From Myxococcota bacterium (GTDB taxonomy: Bacteria; Myxococcota; JACRCW01): a stretch of 23,925 nucleotides of DNA. The notes below the pieces were generated by a model. It saw only the letters and a program-made list of their open reading frames with translations. It searched no databases and had not been told where the DNA came from. The translations under genes and the position numbers were made by a program. Each line of letters begins with the position of its first letter. Within the stretch, counting starts at the first letter, position 1. The stretch covers positions 1 through 23,925 of the forward strand of contig JBFMGU010000165.1 of the NCBI GenBank assembly GCA_040752415.1, in the 5' to 3' direction. Shown piece by piece: positions 8,946 through 17,451 of this stretch.

Positions 8946-10136
8946 ATGAGCGCGCTCAACCTGCTGGACAACACCATCCCCCGACGTGGCCTCAGGCCGC
9001 AGGAGGAGGGACCGCCCAACCTGGTGGCCATGACGCCGGGGGAGCTGCGCGCCTTCGTCGAGAAGCTGGGGGAGAAGCCGTTCCGCGCGCAGCAGCTCAC
9101 CCGCTGGATCCACAAGCGTGGCGCCAAGAGCTTTGACGTCATGACGGACCTCAGCGGCGCCCTCCGGGAGAAGCTGAAGGGCGCGGCGCGGCTGTCCCGG
9201 CTGGAGCTGGCGGAGGTGCAGGTGGCCGCCGACGGGACGCGCAAGTACCGCATGCGCACCTGGGACGGGAACCTCATCGAGAGCGTGTTCATCCCGTTTG
9301 CCAGCAGCCCCGACCGCAACACGCTGTGCATCAGCAGCCAGGTGGGCTGCGCCATGGGCTGTACCTTCTGCGCCACCGGCGCCATGGGCCTGGAGCGTCA
9401 CCTCACCGCCGGCGAGATCGTGGACCAGATCAACCGCGTCTGGGATGACCTTGGCGCCACCGGCGGCGGCTTCGTCCCCGACCCCGACGCCCCGCGCGAG
9501 GGCATGGGCCGCCGCGTCATCACCAACCTGGTCTTCATGGGCATGGGTGAGCCGCTGCACAACCTGGACACCGTGCTCAAGGCCGTGGAGATCCTCACCG
9601 ACGACGACGCGCACCAGTTCAGCCCGCGTCGCATCACCGTGAGCACCTCCGGCCTGGTGCCCCAGATGAAGCGCCTCATGAGCGAGAGCGAGGTGCAGCT
9701 GGCCGTCAGCCTCTCCGGCACCACCGACCCGCAGCGCCAGTCCATCATGCCGGTGAACAAGAAGTACCCGCTGGAGACGCTGCTGGGCGCGTGCCGGGAC
9801 ATCCCGCTGAAGGCGCGTCGCCGCATCACGCTGGAGTACGTGCTCCTGGACGGGATCAACGACGCCGACGACGACGCCCGCCGCCTGGGTCCCCTGCTGC
9901 GCGGGCTCAAGTGCAAGGTGAACCTCATCCCGTTCAATGAGCACCCGCTCAGCCCGTTCCGCCGGCCGCCGCGGGAGCGCACGCTGCGCTTCCAGCAGCT
10001 CCTGCGGGACCAGGGCCTCAACGCGCTCATCCGCGAGGCCCGTGGCGACGACATCGACGCCGCGTGCGGCATGCTGGGCGGTCGCACGCTGGAGGCGCGG
10101 CGCCACGCTGACGGCGGCGCTCCGGTCTCACCCTGA
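8946..10136 (+). CDS. rlmN: 23S rRNA (adenine(2503)-C2)/tRNA methyltransferase RlmN (radical SAM)
   Basis: TLCISSQVGC-x-x-GC-x-FC-ATG, VFMGMGEP, ITVSTSG, VNLIPFN and RG-x-DI-x-AACG. Confidence 0.97.
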   Translation: MSALNLLDNTIPRRGLRPQEEGPPNLVAMTPGELRAFVEKLGEKPFRAQQLTRWIHKRGAKSFDVMTDLSGALREKLKGAARLSRLELAEVQVAADGTRKYRMRTWDGNLIESVFIPFASSPDRNTLCISSQVGCAMGCTFCATGAMGLERHLTAGEIVDQINRVWDDLGATGGGFVPDPDAPREGMGRRVITNLVFMGMGEPLHNLDTVLKAVEILTDDDAHQFSPRRITVSTSGLVPQMKRLMSESEVQLAVSLSGTTDPQRQSIMPVNKKYPLETLLGACRDIPLKARRRITLEYVLLDGINDADDDARRLGPLLRGLKCKVNLIPFNEHPLSPFRRPPRERTLRFQQLLRDQGLNALIREARGDDIDAACGMLGGRTLEARRHADGGAPVSP

Positions 10137-10248
10137 CCCCCGGCCTGTTGCGGTCCCGCTGGAGCGTGGCAGGCCACGTCCACTTGGTTGTATGGAGGGG
10201 CGCTTGCCCGCGGGGCCCCGGTCCCACCCGCGTGCCAAGGAGGCAACC

Positions 10249-11109
10249 ATGACCGAGATCGTCGGCGTCATTGGCGGTAGCGGCTTGTATGAGATGCAGG
10301 GGCTGCAGGACGTGCAGAAGGTCAAGGTGGACACCCCCTTTGGCCCGCCGTCCGACGAGCTGGTCACCGGCACGCTCCACGGCGTCAAGATGGTGTTCCT
10401 GCCCCGCCACGGCGTGGGGCACCGCCTGATGCCCACGGAGATCCCCTTCCAGGCCAACATCTGGGCCCTCAAGAAGCTGGGCGTCACCCGCATCCTCTCC
10501 GTCAGCGCCGTGGGCAGCATGCGCGAGGACATCCACCCCGGCGACATGGTGCTGGTCACGCAGTTCCTGGACCGCACGCGCACCCGCAAGAGCACCTACT
10601 TCGGGGAAGGCGTGGTGGGGCACGTCTCCTTTGGCGACCCGGTGTGTGGGCCGTTGCACGGCGCCGCGGTGGAGGCCGCCAAGGCCGCGGGCGCGCGCTA
10701 CCACCCGCGCGGCACCTACGTGTGCATGGAAGGACCGCAGTTCTCCACCAAGGCGGAGAGCCACGTGCACCGTCGGGATGGCGCCGACGTCATTGGCATG
10801 ACCAACGTGCCGGAAGCCAAGCTCGCCCGGGAGGCGGAGATCTGTTACGCCACCATCGCGCTCGCCACCGACTACGACTGCTGGCACGAGAGCGAGGAGG
10901 CCGTCAGCGTGGAGGCGGTGCTGGCGGTGCTGAAGGCCAACGTGGCCATGGCGCAGAAGATCATCGCCGAGGCGGTGAAGCGCCTGCCGGGGAGCCGCGA
11001 GTGTGCGTGCGCCACCGCCGGCAAGTTCGCGGTGCTCACCGACCCCAAGGTGATCCCCGCGCACCGGAAGGAACAGCTCGCGCTCTTCTACGGGAAATAC
11101 TGGAACTGA
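10249..11109 (+). CDS. mtnP: S-methyl-5'-thioadenosine phosphorylase
   Basis: GVIGGSG, TPFG-x-PS, FLPRHG, SAVGS, EGPQFST-x-AES, IGMT-x-x-PEAKLAREAE and TDYD; SD AAGGAGG before ATG 10249. Confidence 0.95.
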   Translation: MTEIVGVIGGSGLYEMQGLQDVQKVKVDTPFGPPSDELVTGTLHGVKMVFLPRHGVGHRLMPTEIPFQANIWALKKLGVTRILSVSAVGSMREDIHPGDMVLVTQFLDRTRTRKSTYFGEGVVGHVSFGDPVCGPLHGAAVEAAKAAGARYHPRGTYVCMEGPQFSTKAESHVHRRDGADVIGMTNVPEAKLAREAEICYATIALATDYDCWHESEEAVSVEAVLAVLKANVAMAQKIIAEAVKRLPGSRECACATAGKFAVLTDPKVIPAHRKEQLALFYGKYWN

Positions 11110-11140
11110 GGACGTCTCTCTCGTCGTCAGGAGGTGGTTC

Positions 11141-12061
11141 GTGACACTGCTCGTGGTGGGAAGTCTGGCTTTTGACAGCGTGGAGACGCCGTTTGGCAAG
11201 CGGGAGAAGGTGCTGGGCGGCAGCGCCAACTACTGCGCCATGGCCGCAAGCCTCCTCACCAAGGTGCAGGTGGTGGGCGTGGTGGGTGAGGACTTCCCGC
11301 ACGACCACCTGGACTACCTGAAGACCCGCGGTGTCGACGTGGAGGGCGTGCAGCGCGTCCCCGGCAAGACCTTCCACTGGTCCGGGCGCTACAGCTTTGA
11401 CCTCAATGAGGCGCACACGCTGGAGACGCACCTCAACGTCTTTGCCAACTTCCGACCCACGCTACCCGCCGCGTACCGTCGTCCCGAGCATGTGTTCCTC
11501 GGCAACATCGACCCGGAGCTGCAGTCCCTGGTGCTGGACCAGATCGAGCGACCCAAGCTCGTGGCCATGGACACCATGAATTACTGGATCACCAGCAAGC
11601 GCGCGCAGCTGCTGGAGGTGGCCAAGCGCGTGGACGTGCTCTTCGTCAACGACGCGGAAGCACGCCAGCTCTCCGGTGAGCACAACGTGGTGAAGGCCGG
11701 CGCGGCCATCCGCAAGATGGGACCCAAGGTGGTGATCATCAAGCGCGGCGAGTACGGCGCCCTCATGCTGGAGCACGGCAAGGCCTTCTTCGCCCCCGCG
11801 TTCCCCCTCGAGGACGTGTTCGACCCCACCGGCGCAGGCGACACCTTCGCCGGCGGCGTCATGGGCTCCCTGGACCGCTGGGGTGGCCTGGGTGAGACCA
11901 CCGCGCGCCAGGCCATGGTGATGGGCGGCGTGATGGCGTCGTTTGTCGTCGAGGATTTCAGCTTTGACCGGGTGCGCAAGGTGAGCCTGGAGGACCTGGA
12001 GGAGCGCTACGCGGAGCTGCGTCGCTTCACCACCTTCAAGGAGCTCCCCACCCGCGAGTGA
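11141..12061 (+). CDS. PfkB/ribokinase-family carbohydrate or nucleoside kinase
   Basis: VVGS-x-AFD, LGGSA, N-x-x-E, KRG-x-x-G and the DPTGAGDTFAGG PfkB signature; SD AGGAGG. Confidence 0.93.
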   Translation: MTLLVVGSLAFDSVETPFGKREKVLGGSANYCAMAASLLTKVQVVGVVGEDFPHDHLDYLKTRGVDVEGVQRVPGKTFHWSGRYSFDLNEAHTLETHLNVFANFRPTLPAAYRRPEHVFLGNIDPELQSLVLDQIERPKLVAMDTMNYWITSKRAQLLEVAKRVDVLFVNDAEARQLSGEHNVVKAGAAIRKMGPKVVIIKRGEYGALMLEHGKAFFAPAFPLEDVFDPTGAGDTFAGGVMGSLDRWGGLGETTARQAMVMGGVMASFVVEDFSFDRVRKVSLEDLEERYAELRRFTTFKELPTRE

Positions 12062-12079
12062 CGACGGGGCGCGGGCCTT

Positions 12080-12994
12080 TCAGGCCACCTCCGGCCCGCC
12101 CAGCGCGTACGCGTCCATCTCCGCCAGCAACGCCGTGAGGTCGCTCTGGCTCAGCTGGTAGCTGGCCATGCAGAAGTCACAGCGCGCGTCCACGCGTCCG
12201 TCCTCGACGAGGATGTTGGCCACCTCCTGGCGACCCAGCATGGACACCGCGGCCAGCACGCGCTCCCGTGAGCAGGTGCACTGCCAGACAATGCGCCGCT
12301 CCTCCAGCACAGTGAGGTGCTCCTCCGGGAAGAGCCGCTTGGCCAGCGACATGACGTCGGCGGGCGCCTGACCTCCCAGCACGTGGTACATCCCGCCGTG
12401 CTTGAGCCGCTCCTGCGCCTGGTCCACGAGGCGTCCGTCGCTGCCGGGGAGTGATTGCACCAGCAGGCCCGCGGCCACCATCACCTCGCGCGTGTCCGAG
12501 GTCAGCAGCACGTCCGTGCCAATGGCGCTGTGCACCTGGGCGGACTTCTCCAGGTACTCCCCCACGTCCTCGTCCACCTCGCTGCTCACCAGCGCGCAGG
12601 TGCCGCGGCTGAACTCCCCGCCGGCGGGGTCCATGATCACGTTGATGAAACCATCACGCCCCAGCGCCTGCGCCACGCTGATGCGCTGGCTGGTGGCGGT
12701 GGGGAACTCCACGGTGGGACGTCGCAGGTACGCGCGCACGGTGCCCTTGCCCTTGGCGTCCACCACCATGGCGCCCAGCGGCCCGTTGGCCACCAGCTGC
12801 AGGTTGATGCTCCCCGTCTCCCGCACCGTGCTGGAGAGCAGCGTGGCCGCCACCATGCCGCGTCCCAGCGCCACCGTGGCCATGGCGGACGCCTGGTGAC
12901 GCCTCCGGGCCTCCGCCACCGTCTGCGTCAGCACCACCCCCGTCACCCGCGTGGTGCCGTCATCCAACAGCATCTTGACGCAAACATCCGTCAT
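12080..12994 (-). CDS. hslO: Hsp33 redox-regulated chaperone
   Basis: ALGR, GPLG, YL-x-x-S-x-Q, AGL-x-VQ-x-LPG and the Zn-switch motif CTCSRER...CDFC. Start trimmed to ATG 12994. Confidence 0.93.
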   Translation of the reverse strand: MTDVCVKMLLDDGTTRVTGVVLTQTVAEARRRHQASAMATVALGRGMVAATLLSSTVRETGSINLQLVANGPLGAMVVDAKGKGTVRAYLRRPTVEFPTATSQRISVAQALGRDGFINVIMDPAGGEFSRGTCALVSSEVDEDVGEYLEKSAQVHSAIGTDVLLTSDTREVMVAAGLLVQSLPGSDGRLVDQAQERLKHGGMYHVLGGQAPADVMSLAKRLFPEEHLTVLEERRIVWQCTCSRERVLAAVSMLGRQEVANILVEDGRVDARCDFCMASYQLSQSDLTALLAEMDAYALGGPEVA

Positions 12995-13321
12995 CCGAGC
13001 CTCTCCCCCACCGTTGTCAAACCGGCATGCTAGCCAAATCCCAACCTCCTGGCTGGTGCTTTCGTCAGCACCCCGCGTCAGCGGCCCTGGTCCCGCCATG
13101 TCAGGCCACGTCCCACCCCCCGGTGCGGTGCGTCGCCGCAGCTGCCGCGCCATGTCGCAGCGGGATGACCCGGGCGGGGCAGCGTGCATCGAGGCCAAGC
13201 GTTTGTTGTGTGGGGTGTCGTCGACAAACGTGGTGCGCGCTCGCATCGGTCCGACGACGGGGTGGGATTTTTCCGTGGGAAACGAAGGGACGTTTTAGGT
13301 TTGGTTCACGGAGGTGAGCCA

Positions 13322-13858
13322 ATGGAGTTCGTTTCGCCGGATCCCAACGCCACGGTTCGCGCCGCCAACGTGAAGGCCACGCTGGAGGCGTTCAAGCTGG
13401 TGCCGAGCATGGGCATGAAGCTCGTCGAGAAACACCAGCTCAACATCCAGGACCTGACGCCGGACAACTTCATCCCGGTGCAACGCTGGCTGGACGCGCT
13501 CAAGGAGCTGCAGGCGTCGGTGGGCCCCAGCTTCGTGCGCAAGGTGGGGACGAACATCGTCGAGAACGCGGAGTTCCCGCCCATCTTTGACAGCCTGGAA
13601 GCGTTCTACGAAGCCATGGACAAGGTCTATTACATGAACCACCGCGGCGACGTGGGGCACTACATCACCACGCGCAAGCCCGACGGCAGCATCGAGGTGC
13701 GGTGCGAGACGCCGTATCCCCGACAGTTCGAGTACGGGCTCATCGAGGGCATCTCGCGCAATCCGCGGCTGACCAAGGGGAAGCGCTACTCGGTCACGTA
13801 CATCGACGGGCCCGCGACGGGAGATCACACCTGCACGCTGGTGGTCCGGCCCCTGTGA
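13322..13858 (+). CDS. Hypothetical 178-aa protein, possible V4R/H-NOX-like ligand-binding fold
   Basis: SD GGAGGTGA and strong GC3 bias support the gene. The fold is inferred from the C-x-x-PYP-x-x-F-x-x-G-x-x-x-G motif and the terminal C-x-x-x-V strand. Confidence 0.75.
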   Translation: MEFVSPDPNATVRAANVKATLEAFKLVPSMGMKLVEKHQLNIQDLTPDNFIPVQRWLDALKELQASVGPSFVRKVGTNIVENAEFPPIFDSLEAFYEAMDKVYYMNHRGDVGHYITTRKPDGSIEVRCETPYPRQFEYGLIEGISRNPRLTKGKRYSVTYIDGPATGDHTCTLVVRPL

Positions 13859-13898
13859 GGCTTGATCCGCGACGCACCGGCGGATACTGAACAGGTGT

Positions 13899-15173
13899 AT
13901 GGGTCGCTCGACGGGGATTGCCGATCTCCCGCTGCACGGCGGGCGCGTGCCGGAATGGCTGGCGGACCGCATGGCGCGGTTGGGTCGCGTCATGGTGGAG
14001 GCCATGGTGCTCCAGTACGGGCGCCAGGAGGTCCTCCGCAGGCTGGCGCATCCCTTCTGGTTCCAGTCCCTGGGCTGCGTCATGGGGATGGACTGGCATT
14101 CCTCCGGCATCACCACCAGCGTCGTCGGTGCGCTCAAGCGCGGCCTGGCGCCCGTGGAATGGGAGCTGGGCCTGCACGTGTGCGGGGGACGCGGACGTCA
14201 CTCCCGCGCCACACCACAGGAGCTCCGACGCCTCAGTGAACGCCTGGGTCACGACGGCGCCACGCTGCAACGCACCAGCCGGCTCGTTGCCAAGGTGGAC
14301 AGCGCCGCGGTGCAGGACGGGTTTGACATCTACCTGCACAGCTTCATCCTCGCCGACGACGGGCACTGGGTGGTGGTGCAGCAGGGCATGAACACGGGCA
14401 TCCGGCAGGCACGTCGCTACCACTGGCTGAGTGAGGGATTGGACAGCTTCGTCAACGAGCCGCACGCGGCCATTGATGGGCTCAGCCAGGGTCAGATCGT
14501 CAACCTCACGGACAAGCGCGCGGAGGCGTCCCGTCGGGCGCAGGTGGAGCTGGTGAACGAGGGGCCGGACGTCATCCTGGAACAGCTGCAGCGCGGCGCG
14601 TGGCGGCCCGGTTCCGCTCCGCATGCCCAGTTGCCGGCGCACCACGACGTGCGCGCGTCCGACGTGTTCGGTCGTCGACTGGCGGCGGCGCTGGCGGCGG
14701 CGGCGGACGCGGGTCCCCGGGACTTCACCGAGCTGCTCCTGACGCCGGGCGTGGGGGCGCGCACCGTCATGGCGTTGGCGCACGTGGCGGAGGTGATCCA
14801 CGGCGCGCCCAGCCGCTTCACCGACCCCGCGCGTTTCTCGTTGGCGCACGGCGGGAAGGACGGTCACCCGTATCCCGTGCCGCTCACGGTCTATGACCAG
14901 ACCATTCGCGTGCTGAAGGACGCGGTGAACCAGGCCAAGCTCGGTCGCGACGAGAAACTGTCGGCGATCCGCAGGCTGGACGACCAGGCGCGGCGACTGG
15001 AGTCGGGGCTGCCGCCGGTGGACGTGGAGGAGCTCATGGCGCGCGAACGGGCCGTCTCCCACACGTACGGCGGCATGACGGTGGTTGGGCCGGCTGCACC
15101 GTCGGAGAAACCGGCCGTGAAGCGGGCGTCACGTCGGGAACCGGCACAGTTGTCACTGCCGTTGGCGCGCTGA
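13899..15173 (+). CDS. DUF763 domain-containing protein
   Basis: ADLPLHGG-x-VP-x-WL, WFQS-x-G-x-VMGMDWHSSGITT, W-x-VVQQGMN, HhH-like PGVG-x-x-T and AHGGKDG-x-P-x-PV. Confidence 0.9.
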   Translation: MGRSTGIADLPLHGGRVPEWLADRMARLGRVMVEAMVLQYGRQEVLRRLAHPFWFQSLGCVMGMDWHSSGITTSVVGALKRGLAPVEWELGLHVCGGRGRHSRATPQELRRLSERLGHDGATLQRTSRLVAKVDSAAVQDGFDIYLHSFILADDGHWVVVQQGMNTGIRQARRYHWLSEGLDSFVNEPHAAIDGLSQGQIVNLTDKRAEASRRAQVELVNEGPDVILEQLQRGAWRPGSAPHAQLPAHHDVRASDVFGRRLAAALAAAADAGPRDFTELLLTPGVGARTVMALAHVAEVIHGAPSRFTDPARFSLAHGGKDGHPYPVPLTVYDQTIRVLKDAVNQAKLGRDEKLSAIRRLDDQARRLESGLPPVDVEELMARERAVSHTYGGMTVVGPAAPSEKPAVKRASRREPAQLSLPLAR

Positions 15174-15178
15174 GGGGC

Positions 15179-16330
15179 TCAGGCCAGGCACGCCACGTCG
15201 TGGACCAAGTGGTCCTTGGCCAGCTCGACCTCGCGGCCCCCAGGTTCCCGGTGGAAGATGCGCTGACCGTCGGTCCACGCCAGGGCGCCATTCTCGGCGA
15301 CGTCGTAGGCGAACACGCCCGTGGCCACCACCTCGGCGGGGCCGGTGCCGCGTTGCTTCACGAGCTCCCACGCCGACGACACGTGGGAAGGGTGCCGCTC
15401 GGCGTGGGCGTCGGCGTTGGGGTCCTCGCCCGCGGCACCGTGCAGCAACACGCTCTTGAGTCGGAAGTCGTCGTGCTGGCGGCCGCCGTCAAACGCGGGC
15501 TTCACGGAGCCGGGTCCGCCCTGCATGCGTGAGAAGAAGTCGAAGAAGCCCATCACGCCGCGACCGATGCGGATGGGAATCCGGAGCACGTCCGTGACGC
15601 CCTGCGCGAGCGCGCGGCTGGGTGGGCGGTGCGGGCAGCGGATGTAGAAGAGATCGCCGCCCGTCGTCATGCGGGGCAACAGCAGGTCCCGCTCGCTGTC
15701 CTCCGCCAACGCGCGCATCTCACCGCGGTCGACGTCGAGGAGCTGGATGGAGAAGGGCGCACGTGGGCTGCCGGGGCGCGGAGGGCTGGGCAGACCGGCG
15801 GACTGGAACACCACCTGCCTGCCAGTTCCGGGCACCCAGGACGGTGCAAGATCCAGGGAGTCTCCCTCCGTGACCTCCTGTGGCGTCGATCCATCCGCGC
15901 GCACCACCGCCACGTTCGCCACGTGGTCCTTCAGGACGCAGCACGCAAGCAGGTCTCCCGACCGATGCGTGGCCACGTGACGCACGTCAAAGCGCTCACT
16001 GTGGAAAAGGCGTCGCTCGTTCCCTTCCGCGTCCACGGAGAACATCCCGCTTACTGCGCCCGTGTCGACGGCGTGCACGAAGGTGTGCGGCTGCTGGCCG
16101 CGTGCCACGCCCGTGTAACGAATGGTGTCGGTCTGTGCGCCCGCGCCGCTGCGCGCCATCATGGCGGCGTAGCTGGAGCCTTCCTGCTTCCAGCGGGAGC
16201 GTCGCTGGGACGAGCTTGCGCGGCTCCGCGCCTGCTGGATGAAAGGGCTGTCAAAGTCGCGCGGCAGGGTGCCTTCCCCGTCGATGAGTCGGAGCTGGCC
16301 GCGGGCGATGTAGGCGATGCGTGCGGGCAT
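15179..16330 (-). CDS. Hypothetical TolB-like/PD40 beta-propeller protein without signal peptide
   Basis: TEGDSLDLAPSWVPG-x-x-x-x-VVFQS and similar propeller-blade segments; SD GGAGG. Confidence 0.7.
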   Translation of the reverse strand: MPARIAYIARGQLRLIDGEGTLPRDFDSPFIQQARSRASSSQRRSRWKQEGSSYAAMMARSGAGAQTDTIRYTGVARGQQPHTFVHAVDTGAVSGMFSVDAEGNERRLFHSERFDVRHVATHRSGDLLACCVLKDHVANVAVVRADGSTPQEVTEGDSLDLAPSWVPGTGRQVVFQSAGLPSPPRPGSPRAPFSIQLLDVDRGEMRALAEDSERDLLLPRMTTGGDLFYIRCPHRPPSRALAQGVTDVLRIPIRIGRGVMGFFDFFSRMQGGPGSVKPAFDGGRQHDDFRLKSVLLHGAAGEDPNADAHAERHPSHVSSAWELVKQRGTGPAEVVATGVFAYDVAENGALAWTDGQRIFHREPGGREVELAKDHLVHDVACLA

Positions 16331-16393
16331 GTCCCCTCCGAAGGCGTGAACTCTACCTTGAGCCTAAGTGGGACTGACAAGGGCGAAGAGCGG

Positions 16394-16423
16394 CTTATCC
16401 GGACGCCTCTTATCAGGACGCCT
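16394..16423. repeat. Tandem 15-bp direct repeat (1 mismatch)
   Basis: CTTATCCGGACGCCT followed directly by CTTATCAGGACGCCT, spanning the GST stop codon. Confidence 0.75.
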
Positions 16424-17024
16424 TCACGCTCGGGCGCGCGCGCACCGCGGAAAGCCAGCGCGAAACGTTGTGCAACGCAGGATCCAACGGGAACCCGCCC
16501 ACCATGGCTGCCTCCACGGCGACGACGGCCGTGATGTCCGCGATGGAAAACTCCTCTCCCGCCAGCCACCTCCGCTCCGCGAGCATGCGATCCACCACGG
16601 AGAGCACCTGCGCAAACCGCTTGCGGGACGCCTGGACCAGCTCCGGCGCCGCCGTGATCCGCTCCAGTGACGACGGAGCAAACTGCTGCACCGAGCTCAC
16701 CACGCTCTGCAACAGCCCCATCTCCGCAATGCGTTCCGCTTCCCGCGTGCGCGCCCGTTGCCACGCGTTGCGACCGATCAACGACGGCTCCGGGTGCAGC
16801 TCTTCCAGGTACTCCATGATGGCCAGGGATTCCGTGAGCGTGCGCCCGTCGTCGAGCTCCAGCACCGGCACCGCACCCAGCGGGTTCTTCTGCAGGAACT
16901 CCGGGGAGCGTTGCTCTCCCGCGCGGATGTTGACGGTGACCTGCGGGATGCCCAGGCCCTTCTCCTGCAGGTAGATGTGCACACGTCGGGGATTCGGCGC
17001 GGAGGGATAGGTGTAGAGCTTCAT
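16413..17024 (-). CDS. Glutathione S-transferase family protein
   Basis: MKLY...APNPRRV, NPLG-x-VPVL-x-x-DDG-x-x-LTES-x-AI-x-x-YL and FSIADI. Start trimmed to ATG 17024. Confidence 0.93.
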   Translation of the reverse strand: MKLYTYPSAPNPRRVHIYLQEKGLGIPQVTVNIRAGEQRSPEFLQKNPLGAVPVLELDDGRTLTESLAIMEYLEELHPEPSLIGRNAWQRARTREAERIAEMGLLQSVVSSVQQFAPSSLERITAAPELVQASRKRFAQVLSVVDRMLAERRWLAGEEFSIADITAVVAVEAAMVGGFPLDPALHNVSRWLSAVRARPSVKAS

Positions 17025-17070
17025 CGCCGTCGAGGATGGCAGACTTTTGTTTCCGCGGCGACGTCTCCCA

Positions 17071-17373
17071 TCACGCCGTGGGCTGAGGGCCGGGACCGGG
17101 GAACGGAGGACGAATCTCCGGCGTGTACGGCACCGGCGGGACGATCTCCGGGGTGCCCGGTTCGCCGGGGAACACGTCGGGGTGCTCGGGCTCGGGCGAG
17201 GGGAAGGTGGGGGGCTCACTTGGAGGGGCCACCTCGGGCTTGTGCGGTGGACTGATCTCCGGCGTGGGCGGCGGCGGAGGAGGTTGGATGGTGGGCGCGG
17301 GCGTGGGCTCCGGTTGGGGGCCGGGCTCGATGATGTTGGGGTCCGCGCTGGATGGCCGGGGATGACTGGACAC
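17071..17373 (-). CDS. Small proline-rich repeat protein (100 aa)
   Basis: AAGGAG 6 nt before GTG 17373; fills the gap between GST and the MmgE gene; about 40 Pro with a recurring P-x-[IV]-x-P motif. Confidence 0.7.
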   Translation of the reverse strand: MSSHPRPSSADPNIIEPGPQPEPTPAPTIQPPPPPPTPEISPPHKPEVAPPSEPPTFPSPEPEHPDVFPGEPGTPEIVPPVPYTPEIRPPFPGPGPQPTA

Positions 17374-17451
17374 GACACGCTCCTTGGCACACACGGGGGT
17401 CGAGACCGTTGCTGCCGTCCGCCAGGTGCGCGGTCGGTCCAGGGAGGAACG

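Noticed and set aside
1730..11229. Long minus-strand ORFs (1730-3619, 5349-6272, 7851-10106, 10027-11229) and plus-strand 3869-5293
   Set aside because: Antisense shadows of well-supported genes, expected from high GC3 codon bias; no motifs.
13260..13300. Possible c-di-GMP-I riboswitch (GGGAAAC...GGGACG)
   Set aside because: Lacks the GCAAA elements and the paired P1/P2 architecture.
16343..16402. Resemblance to enterobacterial REP (GGCGTGAAC...CTTATCCGG)
   Set aside because: The fragments are about 40 nt apart, do not form the REP palindrome, and the host lineage is unrelated.
17047..17451. N-terminal extensions of the MmgE ORF (from 17047) and the GST ORF (from 17510)
   Set aside because: They overlap the Pro-rich gene, and the family domains begin at 17452 and 17024.
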